A stretch of 61,200 bases of DNA, taken from Chloroflexota bacterium (GTDB lineage: Bacteria > Chloroflexota > Ktedonobacteria > Ktedonobacterales > JADMIN01). The position numbers and the translations under genes were made by a program. Numbering within the stretch: the stretch's first letter is position 1; the number at the start of each line of letters is the position of its first letter. The notes below the pieces were generated by a model. It was not told the DNA's origin. It did not search any database and saw nothing but the letters and a program-made list of their open reading frames with translations. Location of the stretch: assembly GCA_021814145.1 (NCBI GenBank), contig JAKAIY010000003.1, forward strand, positions 1 to 61,200. The letters run 5' to 3'. Shown here piece by piece: positions 27,769-36,246 of this stretch.

Positions 27769-28059
27769 CTAGCGTGCGCCGTCGAGCGGCTTGCCGGTCT
27801 GCTCGGCGGCATCAACGATCTCCGCGATCTCGCTTATCATCCGCGCCTCGCGATGGGCGGCCAGCTTGCGCTCCACAGCGCGCTGGGCGGCCAGCAGATC
27901 CTTGGCGGCGGCCAGGCTGGCGACGCGCACGAGCATGATGTCGCCATCGGGCAGGACGACACGGGTATGCGTTGGGAAGCGGTCCACCAGTCCACTGTTC
28001 TTCGCCTCTCGCTCCGCCTGGGCCTTGCGCCATGCGTACGTGTCACTTGTGATGCTCAT
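27769..28059 (-). CDS. 96-aa hypothetical protein
   Basis: AAGGAG RBS before ATG; protein-like sequence MSITSDTYAWRKAQAERE... Confidence 0.65.
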   Translation of the reverse strand: MSITSDTYAWRKAQAEREAKNSGLVDRFPTHTRVVLPDGDIMLVRVASLAAAKDLLAAQRAVERKLAAHREARMISEIAEIVDAAEQTGKPLDGAR

Positions 28060-28171
28060 GGTCGTTTTCTCCTTCTCATCCCGGAAACGGGCCGCCATTT
28101 CCAGGGCTTCTATCGCCCACGCGCCACATCTGGCGTCTCGGGGGGCTGCCGAACGGTTTTCCCCGCTCACG

Positions 28172-28201
28172 ATGATACTATAATATTCACTTATGTGGCA
28201 A
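28172..28201 (-). promoter_or_regulatory. Putative sigma70 promoter in an AT-rich patch driving the two small ORFs
   Basis: Minus strand TTGCCA-N18-TATCAT; 28170-28255 is strongly AT-rich relative to the window. Confidence 0.5.
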
Positions 28202-28292
28202 GTGTGTATTTTAGATTAAAGTTTCCTAATGAATGAAAATTCATGTGGAAGAGCTGGCCCACCCTGACGAAAGCAGGCGCCTGGCAAACAAT

Positions 28293-28348
28293 GAGCGGCG
28301 CGTGATACACCGGAAGCCCTATACTCCCTGATGTATCACGCGCCGCTC
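28293..28348 (-). terminator. Hairpin or terminator downstream of the aldehyde dehydrogenase gene
   Basis: Perfect 17-bp inverted repeat GAGCGGCGCGTGATACA / TGTATCACGCGCCGCTC, followed on the minus strand by ATTGTTT. Confidence 0.6.
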
Positions 28349-28383
28349 GCCTGTGTCTCTGGCCTGGGCGCCCGTATGACGCG

Positions 28384-29877
28384 CTAGCGCAGGCTGATCC
28401 AGGCGGTCTTGACCTGCGTATAGGCGTCGAGGACGGCGTGGCCCATCTCACGGCCATAGCCGCTCTGGCGGTAGCCGCCGAACGGCGCGGCGGCGTCAAA
28501 CTGGTTGTAGGTGTTGACCCAGATCACGCCGGATTTCAGCAGCGCTACCAGCTTGTGCGCCTTCTTGACGTCGGCTGTCCAGACGCCCGCCGCCAGGCCG
28601 TAGATGGACTGGTTGGCGCGCGCGGCCACCTCCTCGATCTCCTCGAAAGGCATCGCCACCACGACTGGCCCGAAGATTTCCTCGCGGGCGACGGTCATCT
28701 CGTCGCGCACCTGGTCGAGAATCGTCGGGCGCAGGAAGTAGCCACTGGCCAGGTCGCCGCCGAGCCGCTCACCGCCCGCGCGCGTAATGGCGCCCTCGCG
28801 CTGACCGCTCTCGATGTAGCCAGCCACGCGGTCCAGCTGCTCCTGCGAGATGATCGGCCCGACCTCGGTCGCTGGGTCCACGCCCGCGCCTACCCGCATC
28901 GCGTCAGCCGCTTTCGCCAGCTGCTCCATGGTCTGGTCGTAGATGTCGCGGTGGACAAAGAGGCGGCTGCCCGCCGTGCAGATCTGGCCGGAGTTAAAGT
29001 AGATAGCGGTCAGCGCGCCGCGCACCGCCCACTTCAGGTCGGCGTCGGGGAAGATGATGTTGGGTGATTTGCCGCCGAGCTCCAGCGTGACCTTCTTCAG
29101 GTTGCCCGCGCTGGCCATGAGCACCTTTTTGCCGACCTCGGTCGAGCCGGTGAAGGCGATCTTGTCCACATCGAGATGCTCCGCCAGCGCCGCGCCCGCC
29201 GTATGGCCGTAGCCCGGAACGATGTTCACCACGCCATCCGGGAAGCCCGCTTCGCAGATCAGCTCGCCCAGGCGCAGCGCCGTCAGCGGCGTCTGCTCGG
29301 CGGGCTTGAGGATAACGGTGTTGCCAGCGGCCAGCGCGGGCGCCAGCTTCCACGAAGCCATCTGCATCGGGAAGTTCCACGGGATGATCTGGCCAACGAC
29401 GCCCAGCGGCTCGCGCAGGGTATAGGTGAACATGTTGGGGATGGAGACCGGAACCGTCTCGCCCTCGATCTTCGTCGCCCAGCCCGCGAAATAACGGAAA
29501 TGGTCCGCCGTCAGCGGCACATCGCTGCCCTTGGAATAGCGGATCGGCTTGCCGTTGTCGAGCGTCTCCAGCATCGCCAGCTCGTCGGCGTGCTCCTCGA
29601 TCAGCTCGGCGACGCGCCAGAGCAGCCGGCCGCGCTGCGAGGGCGTCATCTTCGCCCACGGGCCGCTCTCGAAGGCCGCGCGCGCCGCCTTGACCGCGCG
29701 ATCAATGTCCTCCCTGTCGCCCTCGGCCACCCGCGCCAGGACCTCGCCTGTCGCGGGGTTGAGCGTCTCGAAGGTCTTGCCGCTGGCCGCATCCACCCAT
29801 TGGCCGCCGATGAGCATGCGCACCGGCTGCCGCTGGAGAAACGCGCTCACCACAGTCTCACTTGCGCTGGTCGTCAT
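28384..29877 (-). CDS. NAD-dependent aldehyde dehydrogenase (possibly phenylacetaldehyde-type)
   Basis: IIPWNFP, FTGSTEVG, LELGGKSP, NSGQICTAG (catalytic Cys), EEIFGPV. Substrate inferred from context only. Confidence 0.93.
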   Translation of the reverse strand: MTTSASETVVSAFLQRQPVRMLIGGQWVDAASGKTFETLNPATGEVLARVAEGDREDIDRAVKAARAAFESGPWAKMTPSQRGRLLWRVAELIEEHADELAMLETLDNGKPIRYSKGSDVPLTADHFRYFAGWATKIEGETVPVSIPNMFTYTLREPLGVVGQIIPWNFPMQMASWKLAPALAAGNTVILKPAEQTPLTALRLGELICEAGFPDGVVNIVPGYGHTAGAALAEHLDVDKIAFTGSTEVGKKVLMASAGNLKKVTLELGGKSPNIIFPDADLKWAVRGALTAIYFNSGQICTAGSRLFVHRDIYDQTMEQLAKAADAMRVGAGVDPATEVGPIISQEQLDRVAGYIESGQREGAITRAGGERLGGDLASGYFLRPTILDQVRDEMTVAREEIFGPVVVAMPFEEIEEVAARANQSIYGLAAGVWTADVKKAHKLVALLKSGVIWVNTYNQFDAAAPFGGYRQSGYGREMGHAVLDAYTQVKTAWISLR

Positions 29878-29973
29878 GGTTCCCCGCTCTCCTGATTAGT
29901 TCTCGATTCTCTCGCCCGCGAGAGGCGATCTCCGGGCCACCGCAAAAACCCCTCCCGCGCCCGCCGCCGCGCG

Positions 29974-30618
29974 TTATCGCGACTCGCCCGCGCGCAGGTA
30001 CGCCAGGATCGCGCGCTTGCACATCTCGCGGTAGGTCACATGGGAAGATTGCCAGTCGCGCTCCAGCAGCCACTGAATGAACATGCCGTCAATCAGCGCG
30101 CGCATCGCCGCCGCCGCGATATGCGGGTCGCGTGCGAAGAACGCCCCTTCCCGCATGCCTTGCGCGGCGATATCAGCGTACATGTCATTGACCGTATCGT
30201 GGAAGGTCGCCGCCACGGCGCTGAACGCCTCCACGCGCGCGGCCTGTCCGATCAGGTCGGTGTAGACCAGGTAGAAGCGCCGGTTGAGCTCAGGCTGCGC
30301 GAAGATCGTGTCGAGCATCACCCCGACTTTCGCCTCCGCTGTCTCGATAGGGTCAATCGCCCGGCGAATGCGCGCCGCGACCGTATCGAGCGCCCATTGC
30401 AAGGTCGCCAGCACCAGGCTCTCTTTGGTCTTGAAGTGATAGAGCAGCAGCGCCTTGCTCACCCCGGCGTCGTCCGCGACATCCTGCAGCGCGAAGCGTA
30501 TCCCGCCTTTCAGCCCCATGATCTTGTAGGCGCTGCGCAGGATTTGCAGCTGTTTCGGGGCCAGGCGCTCCGCCGGGGCGGTTGTGGCGCCCGCGCCCGC
30601 GTTACTGGAATCCGGCAT
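29974..30618 (-). CDS. TetR/AcrR-family regulator divergent from the paa-like operon
   Basis: HTH LQDVADDAGVSKALLLYHFKTKESL; alternative start at 30681. Confidence 0.9.
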   Translation of the reverse strand: MPDSSNAGAGATTAPAERLAPKQLQILRSAYKIMGLKGGIRFALQDVADDAGVSKALLLYHFKTKESLVLATLQWALDTVAARIRRAIDPIETAEAKVGVMLDTIFAQPELNRRFYLVYTDLIGQAARVEAFSAVAATFHDTVNDMYADIAAQGMREGAFFARDPHIAAAAMRALIDGMFIQWLLERDWQSSHVTYREMCKRAILAYLRAGESR

Positions 30619-30683
30619 CTCGCTCTCCTCGCCGCTGGCTCCGCTATCGCCGCGCCGCTCCGCGGCAGCCACATCATACACTA

Positions 30684-30707
30684 CTGATTGACCGCGCGGT
30701 CAGTCAG
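30684..30707. promoter_or_regulatory. Putative TetR operator 1
   Basis: Near-perfect palindrome CTGATTGACCGCGCGGTCAGTCAG. Confidence 0.7.
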
Positions 30708-30822
30708 CGGGGCTGGCGCATGGTCGCTGGGCGCCGCCTGGCGGCTGAAATCGCGGCCACATGCCAAGAAGCGCCAGGCCAGGCCGCGCGATTCCTGGGC
30801 TCTGGATCAGCCAGCCTGCCGC

Positions 30823-30852
30823 TTGACATCCGTTGACGTGATGCCATACACT
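30823..30852 (+). promoter_or_regulatory. Putative sigma70 promoter of the paa-like operon
   Basis: TTGACA-N18-TACACT directly upstream of operator 2. Confidence 0.6.
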
Positions 30853-30858
30853 TTTGTC

Positions 30859-30880
30859 ACTGACTGTGCGGACAGTCAGT
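30859..30880. promoter_or_regulatory. Putative TetR operator 2
   Basis: ACTGACTGT-gcgg-ACAGTCAGT; aligns with operator 1 as TGACYGYGCGGWCAGTCAG. Confidence 0.7.
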
Positions 30881-31003
30881 AAGCCCGCGCGGTGAGATTC
30901 ATCTCCGGCGTACACTGCGGGAAACCCACGAGGATGCTACCGTCCCGCGCCTGAGTCCCCGCCGGAGCGCCTGCCGGGAACACATAGTCAGGAGGCTCAC
31001 GCC

Positions 31004-31951
31004 GTGAACGCGCCGTTGTTGACTGATGCCGCCGTCCTCCAGCGCATCCAGGAACACAAGCTGATCGAGAATCTCGACCACATGAGCGCGACATATCTGG
31101 AGGGCATCAAGCGCATCCTGACCGTCTCCGCTGATACGGAGTACGTCTCCGCGCCGGCTTACATGCACGCCGCGCGCTTCGCCCCCAACATCAACTCCTT
31201 TGGCTCCGCGATCGCCATCGTGCAGGATGAGCTGGGGCATGCGCACATCGCTTACCGCCTGCTGCGCGACCTTGGCGTGGATACCGAGGAGCTGATCTAT
31301 AGCCGCGACCCGCTGAAGTGGAAGTATCCTTACGCCTTTGATGTGCCGCTGGACAGCTTCTATGAGCTGATTGTCGCTAACGCCTTCTATGACCGCGCCG
31401 GCTATACCCTGCTCGGTGACGTCTACAGTAGCACGACGTTCGGCCCCTGGAAGCGCGCGCTGACCAAGGTGGACAAGGAGGAGACCTTCCATCTGCGCCA
31501 CGGCGAGCAGTGGATGCGCAAGCTGGCCCCCGACCCCGCCGAGCACGAGCGCCTGCAAGCGGCGATTGACTGGATGTTCCTGCTGACGGTTGAGTGGTTC
31601 GGGCTGCCTGATAACCTCAAGAAGCACACCGAGCAACTGGGCTTTGGCTTTAAAGGCAAGAGTAACGACGAGCTGCGCCAGACATGGATGAGCACCGCGG
31701 CGCCGCTCTGCCAGGAGCTGGGCTTCACCATCCCCGTACACTACGACGATGGCGCCGGGAAATGGGTGATTGACTGCGCGTTCCCGGCGGCCTTCGACGC
31801 CCAGCGCAAGCGCTGGCTGCTTGAGGATGGCGCGATCAGCTGGGATGACGTCATGGTCCGCTGGAAGCGCCGGGGCCCCAAGAACGACGAGTTCGTTGAG
31901 CGCATGCAGCGCGGCCATCGTGAGCTTGCCCGGCTGATGGGAGTCGCCTGA
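31004..31951 (+). CDS. paaA: PaaA-like diiron aryl-CoA epoxidase catalytic subunit
   Basis: Ferritin-like ligand motifs ADTE, QDELGH, YDRAG, KEETFH; LQAAIDWMF; KSNDELRQ. Confidence 0.75.
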   Translation: MNAPLLTDAAVLQRIQEHKLIENLDHMSATYLEGIKRILTVSADTEYVSAPAYMHAARFAPNINSFGSAIAIVQDELGHAHIAYRLLRDLGVDTEELIYSRDPLKWKYPYAFDVPLDSFYELIVANAFYDRAGYTLLGDVYSSTTFGPWKRALTKVDKEETFHLRHGEQWMRKLAPDPAEHERLQAAIDWMFLLTVEWFGLPDNLKKHTEQLGFGFKGKSNDELRQTWMSTAAPLCQELGFTIPVHYDDGAGKWVIDCAFPAAFDAQRKRWLLEDGAISWDDVMVRWKRRGPKNDEFVERMQRGHRELARLMGVA

Positions 31952-32304
31952 TGTACGCCACACCCGCTTCCGGCGCGCTTTCCAGTGGCGCCGATTACCC
32001 ACACGATCCGCTCTGGGACGCACTGCGCGACGTGCCTGACCCGGAGCTGGGCGTCTCGCTCGTGGATATGGGCATGATCGTGGAGGCGCTGCGCGAAGGC
32101 CCTCATGCGACCGTGCGCCTGACCTACACGGCGATGGGCTGCCCCGGCGCCGAGATGATCGAGAGTGATGTGCGCGAGCGGCTGCTGCGCGTGCCGGGCG
32201 TTGAGACGGTGGAGATCGAGGTGGTCTGGGATCCCGTCTGGACGACGGCGCGCCTGACCGGCGATGGTCGTGACGCGCTCTTGCTGTTGGGGGTGGCGTT
32301 ATGA
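31951..32304 (+). CDS. paaD: DUF59 / PaaD N-terminal metal-sulfur cluster assembly factor
   Basis: VPDPELGVSLVDMG, TAMGCP, WDPVWT. Confidence 0.8.
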   Translation: MYATPASGALSSGADYPHDPLWDALRDVPDPELGVSLVDMGMIVEALREGPHATVRLTYTAMGCPGAEMIESDVRERLLRVPGVETVEIEVVWDPVWTTARLTGDGRDALLLLGVAL

Positions 32305-32582
32305 GCTATTTCGGTGACTCCAGCGCGCTCGATGAGTCCGCGAAAGCCCCCGAAGCTGCTGTGGAAGGGCAGGCGGCGCGGCGCCTCCATCTCATCGCTG
32401 AACGCGTCTGGATAGTGCTCGCGCGCCGGGGCTACGAGGAGCCACTGCGCCAGGTGGGCACAGTCGAGGCGGACGACGCGGAGCTGGCGCGTGTCTACGC
32501 CCGCAGCATCTACGACGAGTTCGCCTGGGTCGAGATGGTGGTTGTCCCGCGCGACGCGGCGCTCACCGTCATCGCCTCGTAA
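32301..32582 (+). CDS. paaB: PaaB-like small subunit
   Basis: PLRQVGTVEADDAELARVYARSIY...MVVVPR resembles the PaaB motif HVGSVHAxDxExA..AR..Y. Confidence 0.65.
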   Translation: MSYFGDSSALDESAKAPEAAVEGQAARRLHLIAERVWIVLARRGYEEPLRQVGTVEADDAELARVYARSIYDEFAWVEMVVVPRDAALTVIAS

Positions 32583-32606
32583 GCGTCTCAAAAGGAGCGA
32601 CCAGCG

Positions 32607-33386
32607 ATGACCAGCAAGACCTTCTCACCCGCCGCGAAAGACGCCCTCTTCTCCCTGATCGCGCGGATGGCGGACAACAAGTACTTCCTGGGGCGCAACT
32701 ACGCTGAGTGGTGCAGCGGCGCGCCAAACCTGGAATCCGCCGTGGCCGCCGCCGCGATGGCCCAGGACGAGCTCGGCCACGCCCGCGCCCTCTATCCCTT
32801 GCTCAAGACACTCGCGCCCCTCGCCGGACCGGAGATTGAGCCGGAGACCCGCACCGAATTCCTGCGTCTGTCACTGCTTGACCAGCCGTTTGATAGCTGG
32901 GTTAGCCTCGTCGCGGCGAATTTCCTGACTGATAACGCCCTTACCGTTATCTTCGAGGCCGCCCAGACTTCCACCTATGAGCCGCTCGCGGGCCGCAGCC
33001 GCAAGGCGCTCCAGGAGGAGCAGCTGCACGCCATCCACGGAGACGCCTGGGTGCGCCAGCTCGCCCGGGATGGCGCCACGCTCCGCGAAGCGTGCGAGGC
33101 CGCCTTGCGCGCCAACTGGGATGAGACGCTCCTCTGGTTCGGCCCCACCGGCGCGCCAGACCCGCTCTCCGACGAAGGCATCCTCGACGCGGACCCCGAT
33201 TCGCTGCGCGCGCGCTTCCTGGCGAGAGTCGGGCCGCGAATTACCGCCGAGCGTCTCGATCTCCCCGTGAGCGCCGTCGGGACGGAGTTCGAGCTGACCG
33301 CCCCACTGCCGTGGGAGCGCTGGGACGGCGCCAGCTACCGTCTGCGGCCCGCCGCCGCTACGGCGAAAAAGGCGGCCCGGCGATGA
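32607..33386 (+). CDS. paaC: PaaC-like structural subunit
   Basis: MADNKYFLG..YAEWCSGAPNLE...AQDELGHAR; KALQEEQLH. Confidence 0.8.
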   Translation: MTSKTFSPAAKDALFSLIARMADNKYFLGRNYAEWCSGAPNLESAVAAAAMAQDELGHARALYPLLKTLAPLAGPEIEPETRTEFLRLSLLDQPFDSWVSLVAANFLTDNALTVIFEAAQTSTYEPLAGRSRKALQEEQLHAIHGDAWVRQLARDGATLREACEAALRANWDETLLWFGPTGAPDPLSDEGILDADPDSLRARFLARVGPRITAERLDLPVSAVGTEFELTAPLPWERWDGASYRLRPAAATAKKAARR

Positions 33387-33595
33387 GCGAGCGCGAGCGG
33401 ACAGACACGCCATCTGAAGGCGCTACGCCATCCGGGCGCCGCGTTGTGCTTTGCCCGTTCTGCCACTCCAGCGACACCGAGCGGCTGGCGCTCTTTGGCT
33501 CACAGCTCTCCACAGCCCAATACTACTGCCGCGCCTGCCACACCCCCTTCGAGTATGTCCGGCGGCAGGATGAGCGCGGCGACGAGTGGGGCTAG
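33383..33595 (+). CDS. Stand-alone PaaD-type C-terminal zinc ribbon
   Basis: CPFCHSSDTE..ALFGS...YYCRACHTPFEY matches the PaaD C-terminal CPxC...FGS...CxxCxEPF; ATGA overlap with paaC. Confidence 0.75.
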   Translation: MSERERTDTPSEGATPSGRRVVLCPFCHSSDTERLALFGSQLSTAQYYCRACHTPFEYVRRQDERGDEWG

Positions 33596-33644
33596 CGCGC
33601 CGGCGGACTTCGTAGCGGAACTCGCCGCGGGCTCGCCAGGCGCC

Positions 33645-34142
33645 CTATGGCAGGGGGATGAGCTCTGCCGTGGGCCGGCCATCGGTGATGGTGAGCAGCG
33701 CGATCGTGCAAGCGGGCTGCCTGCGCCGGTCGGTGGCGCTGCCTGGATTGAGCAGCAGCAGGCCGTCGCGGTCTTCGATGAACGGAATGTGGCTGTGGCC
33801 ATAGATGACCACGCGGGCGTCGGGGAACTCGCGGCGAGCGGCGGCGCGGCGCGTGGCGCGGTCGCCAAGGATGTGGACCATGCCGATGAGGCAGCCGCCA
33901 ACGGTGATCTGGCGCTTGATGGGCAGCGCGCTGATGATCCCGGCGTCCTCGTTGTTGCCCTGGACGGCCTCGACGGGGGCGTAGGCTTCGAGTTGGTCGA
34001 GCGCGGCGCGCGTGGAGAGGTCGCCAGCGTGCAGGATCAGCTCGACATCCTCGAAGTGGCGCAGGGCGGCGTCGGGGATGCGCGCTGCCCTGCGTGGCAG
34101 GTGGGTATCGGCGATGACGCCTATGCGATGGATGTCGGGCAT
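33645..34142 (-). CDS. YfcE/MJ0936-family metallophosphoesterase
   Basis: IADTH, HAGD, VQGNN, YGHSH, NPGS. Confidence 0.92.
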   Translation of the reverse strand: MPDIHRIGVIADTHLPRRAARIPDAALRHFEDVELILHAGDLSTRAALDQLEAYAPVEAVQGNNEDAGIISALPIKRQITVGGCLIGMVHILGDRATRRAAARREFPDARVVIYGHSHIPFIEDRDGLLLLNPGSATDRRRQPACTIALLTITDGRPTAELIPLP

Positions 34143-34158
34143 GGGCCGAGCGGGGCCG

Positions 34159-34590
34159 CTAGCTGTTGGAAGCGGCGGCGATGGCCGACTTCTTGGCGAG
34201 GTCGCCAGCGAAGCGGTTGACGATCAGGATCACGACAATCGCGATAACCGTGACCGCGACGGCGTAAACGATCTTGACCTCAGTTGGGGTGAGGGTGAAC
34301 GTCCCCACCTTATTGCTCACCAGCCCATTCAGAAGCGCCTGAATGGCGTCGTTCCAGGCAAGGGCGGCGATGAAGCTGAAGGCGGAGGTGACGAGGCTGA
34401 CAATGGTGGCGATGACGACGGTCGTGGCCGCCTGGGCTTCAGCGCGGGCGATGGCCTGCGCCTTCATCAGCTTCTCGACCGCCGCGGTGTCCATCATCCG
34501 GCGCGGGTCGAGATTGCGCGGGTCCACACCCGATGGTATGCCAAAATGCTTCCGCTGCTCGGCCTCTTGGCGCTGCTGGTCGTCGCTCAT
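34159..34590 (-). CDS. Small membrane protein (DUF5654-like)
   Basis: LVTSAFSFIAALAWNDAIQAL ... YAVAVTVIA. Confidence 0.7.
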   Translation of the reverse strand: MSDDQQRQEAEQRKHFGIPSGVDPRNLDPRRMMDTAAVEKLMKAQAIARAEAQAATTVVIATIVSLVTSAFSFIAALAWNDAIQALLNGLVSNKVGTFTLTPTEVKIVYAVAVTVIAIVVILIVNRFAGDLAKKSAIAAASNS

Positions 34591-34765
34591 TCCAGACCCT
34601 CCACACTCGTCTTCTGGCGCTTGCCACCGCTCAGCGGCTACCTAAACCGTTTTGTCGCGCTGGCGTCCCCCATCGGCCCAGGCCTGATTGGGGAGCTATA
34701 CGCAGTCTACAAGATTCAGGTGGCTTGTCAAGGCGCATGGGACGGTCCGCGCGGGGTCGCGCGCG

Positions 34766-35587
34766 TTATTCCACATCGCCCCAGGTGACGGTGAGCAGCT
34801 GCCCGTCATCGAGCCGCAGGAGCAGCGCGCCGTCGCTGTTGACATCCACCGCGAAACCTTCCAGCGCATCAGTCCGCTGGGGCGTCTGGTGGATAGTCGC
34901 GCGGCGCCCGAGGGTGATGAGCCGCGCGCGCCAGCGGTCGCGCACAGCGTTCTGGGCGGCGGGTCCGCCGGTTGAGAGCTGGCGGTAGAGGTCATCGAGG
35001 CGGCTGATTAGCGCGATGGCCAGCGGCTCGCGCGGGATGGGAGCGCCCGCCTCAGCGGCTAGCGTTGTGGCGCGGGCGGCAAGCTCAGGGTCACTCGCGA
35101 GAGAGCCATTGACATTGAGGCCCATGCCCACGACGGCGGCTCCGTCGCCGGTCTCGATGAGAATGCCGCAGACCTTGCGCCCGTTGATCAGGACATCATT
35201 GGGCCACTTGATTCCCACGCGCAGGGGGGTAGTGGCCTCGATGGCTTCGGTAACGGCAAGCGCGCTGGCCATCATCAGATAGTGCGCCGGGAAGGTGGGG
35301 CGCAGAAGCAGCGAGAGGATCAGTTGCTGATTGGGCAGCGGCTTCCAGACGCGGCCAATCCGCCCGCGCCCCGCCGTCTGGTGGTCGGTAACGACAAGCG
35401 CGCCCTCAGCGGCTCCGGCGCGCGCCAGGGCGCTGGCGTAGGTGTTAGTGGAGTCCACGGCAGGGAAGTAGATGAGCGGGTTACCAAGGGCGAGACCGCT
35501 CAGCCCGTGGCGCAGCTCATCTACGCGGAGCGGGGCGTCATCGCTGGCGCCGGCAGCGCCCGCGTTGGGTGGATCGGGCCGGGACAT
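34766..35587 (-). CDS. birA: Biotin--[acetyl-CoA carboxylase] ligase without HTH (class I)
   Basis: DSTN, QTAGRGRIGRVW, KWPNDV, KVCGIL, GMGLN; no N-terminal winged HTH. Confidence 0.93.
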   Translation of the reverse strand: MSRPDPPNAGAAGASDDAPLRVDELRHGLSGLALGNPLIYFPAVDSTNTYASALARAGAAEGALVVTDHQTAGRGRIGRVWKPLPNQQLILSLLLRPTFPAHYLMMASALAVTEAIEATTPLRVGIKWPNDVLINGRKVCGILIETGDGAAVVGMGLNVNGSLASDPELAARATTLAAEAGAPIPREPLAIALISRLDDLYRQLSTGGPAAQNAVRDRWRARLITLGRRATIHQTPQRTDALEGFAVDVNSDGALLLRLDDGQLLTVTWGDVE

Positions 35588-35630
35588 GTGGAGCCTCCAC
35601 GCGGGGATAGGAGTGAGACAGCTCAGGATG

Positions 35631-35659
35631 AAAAAAAGCCGGGGCGATAGCCACCCGGC
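35631..35659 (-). terminator. Intrinsic terminator upstream of birA
   Basis: Minus strand GCCGGGTGGC-tatc-GCCCCGGC followed by T7. Confidence 0.85.
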
Positions 35660-35788
35660 CATCACCCCGGTCGAACCGCGCGGGCGGGATACTCTCCCAC
35701 CAAAGCGAGCGGTTAATCCGCACCCGGCGCAAGCGCCGGTCGAGGATGTGGGATACTTGCGACGCCTCCACGAAAGGAGGTGATGTCA

Positions 35789-35863
35789 CTAGCGGACCCG
35801 CTCCCTCGGAGAATCGGTGCGGAGAGCAGTCAAACCGCCTGCGCGGCTGGAACATTCACTCAC
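35789..35863 (-). CDS. Candidate 24-aa peptide MSECSSRAGGLTALRTDSPRERVR
   Basis: AAAGGAGGTGAT SD 5 nt before GTG; ends in tandem TAG TGA. Confidence 0.45.
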   Translation of the reverse strand: MSECSSRAGGLTALRTDSPRERVR

Positions 35864-35891
35864 TGCACATCACCTCCTTTCGTTGGCTAGG

Positions 35892-35921
35892 ATGATAGCA
35901 CGCGACGCAAAGGCGCGTCAA
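35892..35921 (-). promoter_or_regulatory. Sigma70 promoter with extended -10
   Basis: Minus strand TTGACG-N18-TATCAT with TGn (TGCTATCAT). Confidence 0.7.
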
Positions 35922-36173
35922 GCGGCGCGAGCGATTGACCCAGGGGCGGCGTCAACGCCAGGTGGGCGCGGCGGCTGGCGGCTAAACCCGCGCCTCAAGG
36001 GCCACACAGCCCGCAGGCCTGCCTTCATGGACCGCATTTTGCGAGTGATGGGGCGCCAGGGCATATAAATTTGGGGGCAAACAGGCGCGCCAATAAGGAA
36101 ATCGTCCGGCTCCTGATACGATGCGACGCCTCACTGACCATCCCAGCTTCTTCGCGCGGTTTGGAAACGCCTG

Positions 36174-36215
36174 TTGACAAACTAATGACAATAGTTTATA
36201 ACTACTGATGTTAGT
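36174..36215 (+). promoter_or_regulatory. Promoter overlapped by two tandem operators for the downstream TetR
   Basis: TTGACA-N17-TATAAC; palindromes AAACTA-N7-TAGTTT (36179-36197) and ACTA-N7-TAGT (36201-36215). Confidence 0.75.
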
Positions 36216-36246
36216 AATGAGCGCGAGAGCGCGGCAGGAGGAGACA

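Larger units (their letters stand above)
35631..35885 (-). ncRNA. Candidate ~255-nt structured RNA or small mRNA with an SD/anti-SD clamp
   Basis: Bounded by a promoter (35892-35921) and a terminator; perfect 17-bp inverted repeat 35770-35786 / 35867-35883; further hairpins in the 3' half. Confidence 0.55.

Noticed and set aside
28264-28276. Hammerhead ribozyme core (CTGACGAAAG)
   Set aside because: No stem II between CUGANGA and GAAA, and no supporting stems I and III.
35867-35883. 16S rRNA fragment (ATCACCTCCTTTC)
   Set aside because: The match is limited to the anti-SD, and the flanking 16S sequence (GCGGCTGGATCACC) is not contiguous. It is better explained as one arm of the SD/anti-SD repeat.
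35783-35890. Plus-strand 35-aa ORF (MSLADPLPRR...) behind the other SD copy
   Set aside because: The ATG overlaps the SD with no spacer, and the promoter and terminator both point to the minus strand.
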